NCBI GenBank assembly: GCA_019058315.1
Contig: JAHPZH010000001.1
Location: forward strand, 1,073,432 to 1,137,431
From: Candidatus Helarchaeota archaeon
GTDB lineage: Archaea; Asgardarchaeota; Lokiarchaeia; Helarchaeales; RDOG01
Direction: 5' to 3'
Length of the DNA: 64,000 bases
The translations under genes and the position numbers were made by a program. Of this stretch, positions 20,813 to 28,948 are shown piece by piece. A model generated the notes under the pieces. It was not told the DNA's origin. It saw only the letters and a program-made list of their open reading frames with translations, and did not search any database. The stretch's first letter is position 1; every line of letters begins with the position of its first letter.

Positions 20813-21637
20813 GTGAGAAAAATGAAAACAGTAGTTATTGATGATGTTGAACTTCGATTAGCTTATCCACTTGAAATAGATGTTCAATGGATTGGACAGA
20901 AAGATTTGTTGAATCAAGTTATTGCTGCATGGATGGTAGTGGATGAAAAGGATCTACCTTTGAATCCTAGATTATTAGGAAAGCCAGGAGTTGGCAAAAC
21001 CACTTTGGCAATTGCGGCTGCAAAAGCAATAAATCGGGATGCTTATATATATCAAGCTACAATGGACACAAGACCAGAGGATTTGATAATAACTCCCGTT
21101 ATAGCTTGCGATGGAAAAATATCTTATTATGCGTCACCTCTCGTAACTGCAATGATTACTGGTGGGGTTTGTATTCTAGATGAAGGAAATAGGATGAGTG
21201 AAAAATCTTGGGCTTCAATTGCGCCCTTATTGGATTATAGACGTTATGTCGAGTCAATAATTGCAGGTATAAAAATTAAGGCTAAGCGTGAATTTAGATT
21301 TGTTACAACTATGAACGAAGATGTAAGCACATATGAGATCCCTGAATATATTCATTCAAGACTTCAACCCCAAATAAAAATTGAATTTCCATCATGGGAA
21401 GATGAGAAAAAAATATTGAAATTTAATCTTCCTTTTTCAGATGAAGAAGTCTTAGACCTAGTAGTAAATTTTTTACAAAGTGCACATTCTGCAGATAGAC
21501 CTTATACAGTAAGGGACGGGATTAATATTGCTAGGTATATTGTAAAGATGGAAAAACAGAAAGGAAAACGCACAAATAAAATGATTACAATGGCGGTTGA
21601 ACAAATACTTGGAGAAGAAGCGTTACAATATTTGTAA
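20813..21637 (+). CDS. MoxR/CbbQ-NirQ-like AAA+ ATPase
   Basis: Walker A GKPGVGKT, Walker B ILDEGNR, sensor TTMN, SRL arginine finger. Confidence 0.88.
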   Translation: MRKMKTVVIDDVELRLAYPLEIDVQWIGQKDLLNQVIAAWMVVDEKDLPLNPRLLGKPGVGKTTLAIAAAKAINRDAYIYQATMDTRPEDLIITPVIACDGKISYYASPLVTAMITGGVCILDEGNRMSEKSWASIAPLLDYRRYVESIIAGIKIKAKREFRFVTTMNEDVSTYEIPEYIHSRLQPQIKIEFPSWEDEKKILKFNLPFSDEEVLDLVVNFLQSAHSADRPYTVRDGINIARYIVKMEKQKGKRTNKMITMAVEQILGEEALQYL

Positions 21638-21652
21638 ATTTAAGTTGATATT

Positions 21653-23497
21653 ATGTTTCAATATCAAAATATATATGCAGTTCCTTCATTTCATTCAAAA
21701 ATTCAATTTGCTTGTGAAGTTAGGAGGCTATTTTTTAAAATCAACCCTGATGTAATTGCAGTTGAATTACCTGAGGGAGTGAGGGAAAAAGTAATAGAGG
21801 GGGTAAAACATCTTCCTTACATCTCTGTAGTAATGTATGAGGAGAGGAAAAAGAAAAAGTATGCTTATGTTCCAATTGATCCTGGGGACTCAATTATTGA
21901 AGCAATTAGATTAGGATTAGAATATAAAAAACCTCTTGAATTTATAGATTTGGATGTAAAAAATTATAGAAATAAGCAATTTACCTATGGTTTTGATGAT
22001 TATTCAATAACAAAAATTGGATTGGATAAGTACTATAGTCTATTATTACCTTTTCTTAAAAAAAGCAATTATGGAACTAAAGATTATCATAGAGAACTCT
22101 ACATGGTTAAAAACCTAAAAAAACTAATGAAGAAGTATAAAAATAAAAAATTATTATTAGTTTTAGGAATGGGGCACTGGGAACGAATAATAGGTCTATT
22201 AAAACGACCTAAAATTAAGAATATAGAGAGTTTAATTAAACGAGAAGAAGTAAAAATTTTCAATTTATCTCCAAATTCTTACATTCATGTTTTACGTGAA
22301 ATACCTTATGTCACTTATTTATATCAAACAACTCGTTCAGAAATAAAATCTCCAAAAGATTTTTTTGATAAATTAGAAGCATATAAAACACTTTATTTAA
22401 AAGCTAAAGATAATTATTTTAAAGCATATGGAGAGCCAATACATCTCCAAAAATTAAAAATACTCTTTCAATACTCTAGAAACTATGCACTCTTAGAAAA
22501 AAAACTAATTCCAGACTTATTTCATCTGGTTGTTTCCGCAAAAAATGTTGTTGACGATGATTATGCGGGTGAAGTATATGATTTGGCCTTAAGTTATTTA
22601 TTTTTTGATAAAAAACAAAAGTACCCAACTGTTGAAATAAGAAGAAATTTAGGAGAAGTAGATTCCAGAAAGGTGCAAATAAGAAGGCGTATTCCGGTTG
22701 AGAAAGAAGTTCATAGAAAAATTCCATTAAAAAGACGCCCAAAAGAGAAGTATGAAGGTGAATGGGAGAAAAAGTGGAAAGATAATTATCATGGAATTTA
22801 TTCATACCCTCCTGAAGATATAATTTTCGAAAATTATATGGATTATGTTCGCAAAAGAGCCATGAAAATACTAGTTGAGGACAAAATTAGAATTCATGAG
22901 TTCAAAACAAGTCTTATGGACGGAATTTCAATGAGAGATACAATCCGAAATTGGCATCTTGATCAAAAATTATATGTGAGAGAAGAAATTCCTCCTAAGG
23001 GGTCTATAGGACCTGTTGTTTTTATTTTTGAAGAGGATGACACTATGGATCGAGCATATTCATATAAATTAGATTGGATATCTGAACATGATAAGGAATC
23101 TGATTTATATTTGTATGCGACTGCCCCTGGTATTAATATTATAGGCCCTGGAATTTCTCGTGGAGAATATGGTGGGTTCACTTCAGTTTTTCCACCACTT
23201 GTAGACTCATATATTGATGATCCAGATTATTGGGATGAAATAGATAAGGTTCGAAATAATGCAGGAGAGTTACTACTCAGAGCTATTTTTCATGCAGAGG
23301 ATCATAAATATATCGTTTATGTAGCAAAAAAACCTCCTGATTCACACCTTAAATCATTAGCTCGCAAAAAAGGTTATTATGTTATCTATATTCCTATAAC
23401 TGAATTCAATCCAGTTGCATTAAAGAAGCTAAGAATTGTTCATTATTTGAACTCTAAAACTGTAAGAAAATATGCTAAAGATTACATCTTCCTTTAG
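21653..23497 (+). CDS. AAA+-associated protein with TraB/TIKI(EreA/ChaN)-like N-terminal domain
   Basis: H...PDVIAVELP, RELYM, GMGHW; 15 bp downstream of the ATPase. Confidence 0.6.
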   Translation: MFQYQNIYAVPSFHSKIQFACEVRRLFFKINPDVIAVELPEGVREKVIEGVKHLPYISVVMYEERKKKKYAYVPIDPGDSIIEAIRLGLEYKKPLEFIDLDVKNYRNKQFTYGFDDYSITKIGLDKYYSLLLPFLKKSNYGTKDYHRELYMVKNLKKLMKKYKNKKLLLVLGMGHWERIIGLLKRPKIKNIESLIKREEVKIFNLSPNSYIHVLREIPYVTYLYQTTRSEIKSPKDFFDKLEAYKTLYLKAKDNYFKAYGEPIHLQKLKILFQYSRNYALLEKKLIPDLFHLVVSAKNVVDDDYAGEVYDLALSYLFFDKKQKYPTVEIRRNLGEVDSRKVQIRRRIPVEKEVHRKIPLKRRPKEKYEGEWEKKWKDNYHGIYSYPPEDIIFENYMDYVRKRAMKILVEDKIRIHEFKTSLMDGISMRDTIRNWHLDQKLYVREEIPPKGSIGPVVFIFEEDDTMDRAYSYKLDWISEHDKESDLYLYATAPGINIIGPGISRGEYGGFTSVFPPLVDSYIDDPDYWDEIDKVRNNAGELLLRAIFHAEDHKYIVYVAKKPPDSHLKSLARKKGYYVIYIPITEFNPVALKKLRIVHYLNSKTVRKYAKDYIFL

Positions 23498-23617
23498 ATT
23501 AGATTTTAACCACTCTTTAAGGTATATTATTTTATTATTATATTTTCCAAAATATAAATAACACAAAAATTTCATTATATTTTTTAATATCCAATAAATT
23601 TAACTAAAGTTGTCCTT

Positions 23618-24718
23618 ATGGCAGAAAAAAATGTTCTTTTTGAGGAAATAAAAGATAGGATCAACAAAATAGTTCGAGGAAATCGATATATTATATCTGA
23701 ATTTGAAAAATTCAAAGGATCTATAGAAAATCTTCAAAAAAATATTCAAGATGTTTCTGATCCTGATAAATCTTTAGCAGAAATCAAAGATAAATTGGAT
23801 AGTCTTTCAGATTTGTTTAAATTAGGTAAAACTGTAAAAAATTTAAAACCAACTATTAATGAATTAAATGAGACTATGAAATCAATGAGTGAAATAAAGA
23901 AAACAGTAGATGATATTAAAAAAAGTGTAACTACCTTGGGGGATTTAAAATTACTTGCTTCTGAACTTAAAATGACAATGGCAGAAATTCGAGAAACTTC
24001 AAAAATAATGAAAATGGATGTAACTACTGCAGAAATTGAATTAGCTAAAATAAAACCAACTATTAAACCACCAACTATTAAACCAATAGAAAAAATAAGA
24101 CCGATTTCAAGTTCTAAATCAATAGAACAAAAAACCGTTAGTTCAGACCCCCTTACTAAAGGTCCTTTAAAAGCAAGTCCAATGTATAAAATAAAAAAAC
24201 CAGAATCAGTTACCGAAACCAAAGCTGAGTCAATTAAAACAGAACCAATCATAATAAAACCAACTACAGTGAAATCAATTAAATCAGAACCGACTATTAT
24301 AAAACCAATCACAATGAAATCAATTAAATCAGAACCGACTATTATAAAACCAATTACAATGAAATTAATTAAATCAGAACCGACTATTATAAAGCCAATC
24401 ATAAAAAATTCAAATAAAGTAGATAAAATTATAAAAGCACCTTCGAAAAAGAAAGGTATAACTCATCCGATTGTATTAGAAATTTTTCAACTAATAAAAC
24501 AACGAGCCCAGAGTGGGGAATCTGCAGAAGCGCTTTCCAAGCATATTGAGAATGCAAGAGACACGATTGCTAAAAGTTGGAAATGGCATCCTGCTTTATT
24601 GGAACTAGGGACATTCGCAAGGAAACTGAAGAAACTTCCTCCTAAAAACCCCCCATCACCCGATCTAATTAAAATTTTATTAGAAAAATTGGAAGAATGG
24701 AAAGCAAAAATGACCTAG
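23618..24718 (+). CDS. Coiled-coil protein with Pro/Lys repeat linker and helical C-terminal domain
   Basis: Heptad-rich N-terminus, 15-aa repeats, C-terminal WHPALLEL...EEWK. Confidence 0.75.
   Translation: MAEKNVLFEEIKDRINKIVRGNRYIISEFEKFKGSIENLQKNIQDVSDPDKSLAEIKDKLDSLSDLFKLGKTVKNLKPTINELNETMKSMSEIKKTVDDIKKSVTTLGDLKLLASELKMTMAEIRETSKIMKMDVTTAEIELAKIKPTIKPPTIKPIEKIRPISSSKSIEQKTVSSDPLTKGPLKASPMYKIKKPESVTETKAESIKTEPIIIKPTTVKSIKSEPTIIKPITMKSIKSEPTIIKPITMKLIKSEPTIIKPIIKNSNKVDKIIKAPSKKKGITHPIVLEIFQLIKQRAQSGESAEALSKHIENARDTIAKSWKWHPALLELGTFARKLKKLPPKNPPSPDLIKILLEKLEEWKAKMT
24231..24410 (+). repeat. Four 45-bp in-frame tandem repeats
   Basis: Unit caattaaatcagaaccgactattataaaaccaatcacaatgaaat with few substitutions, at 24231, 24276, 24321 and 24366. 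Confidence 0.9.
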
Positions 24719-24837
24719 AATACAAGGTTTTAATACTATATCCTAGCTATCTAAAATGATAACAATATAAAAATAAGAAAATTAATTAGAAATCAAAAAT
24801 TTTAATAAATTAGTTAAAATATTTTAAAAATACGATA

Positions 24838-24940
24838 TTCCCTAGACTCGATGAGGAGATTTAACGGCAAGGATGACTATTAGTAAAACTGATAGATATG
24901 AATTATTATAGTTACTCCGAGATACCTCTTCGAGAGGGAA
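24838..24940 (+). ncRNA. Dual-guide box C/D sRNA for 23S rRNA 2'-O-methylation
   Basis: C AUGAGGA 24851-57, D' AUGA 24873-76, hairpin 24877-95, C' AUGAAUU 24898-904, D CCGA 24917-20; guides complementary to conserved LSU H70/H71 (CCUUGCCG) and H69 (AGUAACUAUAA); outer stem ttccct/agggaa. Confidence 0.8.
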
Positions 24941-25023
24941 AAATTACATATTACCTTAATTTAAAAAGAGATTTAGTAACTTAATTTATAATTTTTGAAA
25001 AATAGTTAAAATATATTAATTTT

Positions 25024-25236
25024 TTATATCGATACATCTTTAGGCTTTAGGGTTTTTCGATTTTGGCTTTTAGCTTTTTCAATAGCGTTATCTAAAATCT
25101 TTTTTAAAGTGTTATTTAATGTCTTATTTAGAACTTCTGATGAAACATTACATCCCTTACTATTCACATATTTACGAATAGTTGATTTAATGATCATGCT
25201 TCCTAATTTTACCTTTTTAGTTTGTTTTTCAGCCAT
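25024..25236 (-). CDS. Histone-fold protein, alpha3-truncated type, with basic N-terminal extension
   Basis: IIKSTIRKY...NVSSE...AKSQNRKTLKPKD; RKTxxxxD motif close to the C-terminus. Confidence 0.85.
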   Translation of the reverse strand: MAEKQTKKVKLGSMIIKSTIRKYVNSKGCNVSSEVLNKTLNNTLKKILDNAIEKAKSQNRKTLKPKDVSI

Positions 25237-25330
25237 CCTAATCCACCCTTCAAACTTTAAGTTAATGTTAATGGTAAAAGCTAATTCTAATATCAGCTAA
25301 TTAGTTTTTCAACTAAAAAAGAATATTTTT

Positions 25331-25349
25331 AGTTCTATTTAACTTTTTA
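25331..25349 (-). promoter_or_regulatory. BRE-TATA promoter of histone gene 1
   Basis: Minus-strand TAAAAAGTTAAATAGAACT, identical to 25679-25697. Confidence 0.6.
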
Positions 25350-25395
25350 TGTTCTAAAATTTAAAAGTAAAAAATAAAAAGAAGAAAGATTTTAA

Positions 25396-25593
25396 TTACG
25401 TTGGTACGTCAGCGGGCTTAATTGTCTTTCTTTTTTTATCTTTAGCATTTTGAATTGAAGTATCAAGTAGTTTTTTTACAGCTTTATTCAAAGTTTTATT
25501 AAGAACTTCTGAAGCTATGTTACATTCTTGGGCATTAACATATTTACGGACGGCAGATTTTACAATTAAACTAGCTTCCTTTTCCTTTGACAT
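25396..25593 (-). CDS. Histone-fold protein, alpha3-truncated type (paralog)
   Basis: LIVKSAVRKY...NIASE...AKDKKRKTIKPAD; start moved to the ATG at 25593, which follows a GAGTGGA RBS. Confidence 0.85.
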   Translation of the reverse strand: MSKEKEASLIVKSAVRKYVNAQECNIASEVLNKTLNKAVKKLLDTSIQNAKDKKRKTIKPADVPT

Positions 25594-25678
25594 TTTAATC
25601 CACTCTATGTCTTTTATTATTATTGACAAAAATCCAATTATCTTAATTAAATTGCTTTATTTAAAAAAGAAAAAAATA

Positions 25679-25697
25679 AGTTCTATTTAACTTTTTA
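25679..25697 (-). promoter_or_regulatory. BRE-TATA promoter of histone gene 2
   Basis: Exact 19-bp copy of the motif upstream of histone gene 1, at a similar distance from the ATG (86 vs 95 nt). Confidence 0.6.
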
Positions 25698-25770
25698 GTT
25701 TTATTGATGGAATAGAATATAATTGAATTATTCATGATAATTCTTATAGAGGAAAAAATGTGAGTTTTAT

Positions 25771-26466
25771 TTGAAAAATATATTTGAACATATAGAAAAA
25801 ATTGCAAATATCCCTAGTATTCATCCTGAAGAAAAAAAAGTCCGTAATTTTATTATAAATGTTTTAAATTCCATGAAACGAGATTTCAAAATAGATGAAT
25901 TTGGGAATCTTTATTTGTTATCACAAGATAATTTTAAAATTTTACTCTCATCACATATGGATAAACAAGCGCCCCCATTTTTTAAAGATCTTGGGAAATA
26001 TATTCAAGGTAAACTTGATGATGCAGTAGGAATTGGGATAATTTTGAGCCTTGCACAACATTATGATTTTCCTGCTCTTTTTAGTGTAGGTGAAGAAAAA
26101 GGTTTAAAAGGTTCAAAATACGCTCTGAATAATAATCTAATCCCAAAAGTTGAAAGTGCAATTGTAATAGATACAAGTCCCTTTGGAGAACTCGGGAATG
26201 GTCCGATATTTTATACTTCTTTCGATAATAAGCAGCCATTTAACAAATTCTTAAATGAGATTTTTAATTCAGCAAAATTAATCAATGTAAATCTTCAACC
26301 TATGGATGGTTCTATCAATGATGGAGTCAATTTAATTAAAGTAATATCGGATACAGTTGCTTTGGAACCTCATATTGATAATTATCATACATCAGAAGAA
26401 ATTTCTGCAAAGATAGATATAATTAACACATATAAAGTAATAGAGCAATATTTAAAGAAAATTTAA
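25771..26466 (+). CDS. M20/M28/M42-type metallopeptidase (compact)
   Basis: SHMD, LDDAVG, GEEKG, YHT. Confidence 0.8.
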   Translation: MKNIFEHIEKIANIPSIHPEEKKVRNFIINVLNSMKRDFKIDEFGNLYLLSQDNFKILLSSHMDKQAPPFFKDLGKYIQGKLDDAVGIGIILSLAQHYDFPALFSVGEEKGLKGSKYALNNNLIPKVESAIVIDTSPFGELGNGPIFYTSFDNKQPFNKFLNEIFNSAKLINVNLQPMDGSINDGVNLIKVISDTVALEPHIDNYHTSEEISAKIDIINTYKVIEQYLKKI

Positions 26467-27983
26467 AAAAAAGAGTATAAATCTTTTTTAATCGGTCTAT
26501 CTACTTTATCTTTTATATCTTTTAACTGAATAGATTCACCCATTTTTGGCAAAATAATATTTTTAAATTTATTTCTAAACTTTTCTATCCCCTTAGTATG
26601 TATAGGAATTATATACTTTGGACTTAAAGATTCTATGGTCCTAAAAATTTCTTCCTCACTCATATGGCCTGAAGTGTGAAGATAATGATAATCAAGATTA
26701 AAAAATTTAATCCATTGAAGGTGTCTCTTGAAATCTATTGCTTGCTCTTCATTAAAAGGTTCAGTTTCTGAATGTATATAAATCCCATTTGATGGTTTTA
26801 AATCTATTAAATTTCCTAACCGAAAATAATCCATTACCATAATAAATTTATCTAAATTATCTTTAACTTCATCAAATTTAACTACATTAGGAAAGTTAAG
26901 GAAATCTCGTTCCCATTTTGAATATTCACTCCGCCTAAAGCTGCCCATCTTTTTAGGTTCTTGATAAATCCTTAAATTATTATCTTCAAGCTTAATTCCC
27001 ATATCGTCACTTAAATCGTAAATATGTTGTGCTAGTTTTAATGGAATTACTAATTTTCTGCCACTATTTTTTGCTACATCATAAAAAGTTTTTAGTCGAT
27101 CAAAATCTCTTAAACTAAAATCTATAAAGACAGGATTATTAGTCTCTTGTACTATTCTTAATGCTTTTTCTTTAAGTATTTGTTCAGAATTAATTTTTTC
27201 TTCTAATGTCTTCCCCATCAATTCTTCAATAAGATTTTTTAGGAAATCTTCCTCAGTTTCATTTCCCACATTTGTTCCTTCTATTATTAAAATATCGATA
27301 TCTCGTTCTTCTAGTTTTTTTAAAGATTGTTTCGTAAGATAACCTCTCACTCCATGTTGTCTTAAATCTCCTGTATACACTATATTCATATCGCTCGCTT
27401 CTATGATATAACCACCCGCACCCCAAACTGAATGGTCTAGATCAAAAAAATCTACCTTTATTGTTCCATTATATTTATCCCAAGTATTAAACTCTCTTGA
27501 ACATTCTTCCCATTGCGAATGATGAATATTAAAACCGTAAGGTCTTTTCTTTAAGGAACAGAATTCACTTTCTATTCCCCCTTTGGAAATGGTTTCATAG
27601 CTTTCAATTATTTTAATAGTTAATTCTGATGCAAAAATCGGGACATCTTCTCTTATAAAGGGAATATATCCAAAATGATCCATATGTGGATGTGTAATAA
27701 AAACCCCTTTTATATCGGATTCGCCCTGTTCATGACCAGTTGGGCTTATTAAATCATCTCGATAAAGATAAGGTAGATTAGGAATAAGATTAAAAAATAG
27801 ATAATCACCAATTCCCTTTGAACTACGAGGTTTCAAATATTCAGCAAAAAATTTTCTTCGGTCTTCATATGAAACGCCAAAATCAAAAAACAAAGATTCT
27901 TCTGAATCTTTAATTAAAATCTTATTTCCTCCAATTTGATTTATTCCACCATAAAGAACTATTTCTGAAGTTAATATCTCCAT
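26463..27983 (-). CDS. Metallo-beta-lactamase / beta-CASP nuclease (RNase J-like)
   Basis: GGINQIGGN, DFG, THPHMDH, DHS, YTGDL, EGT, HTSGH, PIH. Confidence 0.88.
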   Translation of the reverse strand: MEILTSEIVLYGGINQIGGNKILIKDSEESLFFDFGVSYEDRRKFFAEYLKPRSSKGIGDYLFFNLIPNLPYLYRDDLISPTGHEQGESDIKGVFITHPHMDHFGYIPFIREDVPIFASELTIKIIESYETISKGGIESEFCSLKKRPYGFNIHHSQWEECSREFNTWDKYNGTIKVDFFDLDHSVWGAGGYIIEASDMNIVYTGDLRQHGVRGYLTKQSLKKLEERDIDILIIEGTNVGNETEEDFLKNLIEELMGKTLEEKINSEQILKEKALRIVQETNNPVFIDFSLRDFDRLKTFYDVAKNSGRKLVIPLKLAQHIYDLSDDMGIKLEDNNLRIYQEPKKMGSFRRSEYSKWERDFLNFPNVVKFDEVKDNLDKFIMVMDYFRLGNLIDLKPSNGIYIHSETEPFNEEQAIDFKRHLQWIKFFNLDYHYLHTSGHMSEEEIFRTIESLSPKYIIPIHTKGIEKFRNKFKNIILPKMGESIQLKDIKDKVDRPIKKDLYSFF

Positions 27984-28075
27984 CTCCTTGAAAACGATGA
28001 ATATATCTATATTCTTATTAAAAACATTTTAATTTTTTTTACTTAATAAAATTAATAAAATTTCTGAGCATTACA

Positions 28076-28906
28076 TTATTCCTTCTTTTTTATACTAAAC
28101 CCCTTAAAAGTAGGAAATCTTGCATGTCCAGATTTTTTTGAAATTTCCATAAATTTTACTTTTGCGAAGAAATTTCCCCATCCATAAGCTTTAACTAATA
28201 AATCCAATAATTCTTTATTTTTAAAAGAGAGTAAACCAACATCTCCTATTCGGGTTTGGATACTACCATAAGAATTTTCAGTTGTTTCATTCCATCCAAG
28301 CACTTCAACCTCTAAAAATTCTTCTTTTTTTACTTTTAACCAATTTTCACTTCTGATAAATTCATAAATACTATTCAAATTTTTAACGATTATTCCTTCT
28401 CCGCCTTGAGAAGTGATTTCTTTAAAGAGTTCCTTCGGATTACCAGATACCCCTATAGTCTTAAGCATATCATTTTTCTTTACAATTTCTTCTAAAGTCA
28501 ATCTTCTCTCTTTTAAAGTTTTTTTTGTTAAGTCTTCTCCATCTAACCAAAGGATATCAAAGGCAATGTATGTTGCAGGATATCTTTTACTCATTAAATT
28601 AATCTTAAACTCATTTATTAGATGATCTCTAGTTGCCAATAAACCAAAATCGTTATTAACAATTAGTTCTCCATCCAATATGCATTCGTTACAATTTAGC
28701 CAATTTTTAATATCATTGAATTCTGGAAATTGAATTAATTTCTTATTTTTATTTCTGTTTACCATTATTATGTCATCTGAAACAAAAAATAAAATGCGAG
28801 CACCATCATATTTATTTTCAGCTATCCAATTTGAATCAAGCTTTTCAATTTCTTCTATTTTCAATGTTTTACATAACATAGGTGAAATTTGATTATAATC
28901 AAACAA
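28076..28906 (-). CDS. Minimal ATP-dependent DNA ligase (LigC/LigD-LIG-like)
   Basis: Motif I ENKYDGAR, III LDGEL, IIIa YIAFDIL, IV EGIIVK, V WLKVK, VI RFPTF; short OB domain. Confidence 0.92.
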   Translation of the reverse strand: MFDYNQISPMLCKTLKIEEIEKLDSNWIAENKYDGARILFFVSDDIIMVNRNKNKKLIQFPEFNDIKNWLNCNECILDGELIVNNDFGLLATRDHLINEFKINLMSKRYPATYIAFDILWLDGEDLTKKTLKERRLTLEEIVKKNDMLKTIGVSGNPKELFKEITSQGGEGIIVKNLNSIYEFIRSENWLKVKKEEFLEVEVLGWNETTENSYGSIQTRIGDVGLLSFKNKELLDLLVKAYGWGNFFAKVKFMEISKKSGHARFPTFKGFSIKKKE

Positions 28907-28948
28907 AATTATTCACTAATACAAAAAAATTATGAAAAAAAGGGAAAA

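Noticed and set aside
23746-24402. 218-aa antisense ORF with hydrophobic repeats
   Set aside because: Shadow of the repeat-containing + strand gene.
24871-24902. SECIS-like AUGA...AAA...GA hairpin
   Set aside because: The stem is only 8 bp, the GA register does not fit a SECIS core, and no neighbouring gene shows an in-frame UGA. The C'/D' reading explains it better.
24838-24950. H/ACA guide, BHB splice motif or riboswitch reading of the same element
   Set aside because: An ACA follows the stem, but rRNA complementarity is contiguous and abuts D boxes. The AGA bulge lies on the wrong side of the 4-bp helix for a canonical BHB, and no riboswitch consensus is complete.
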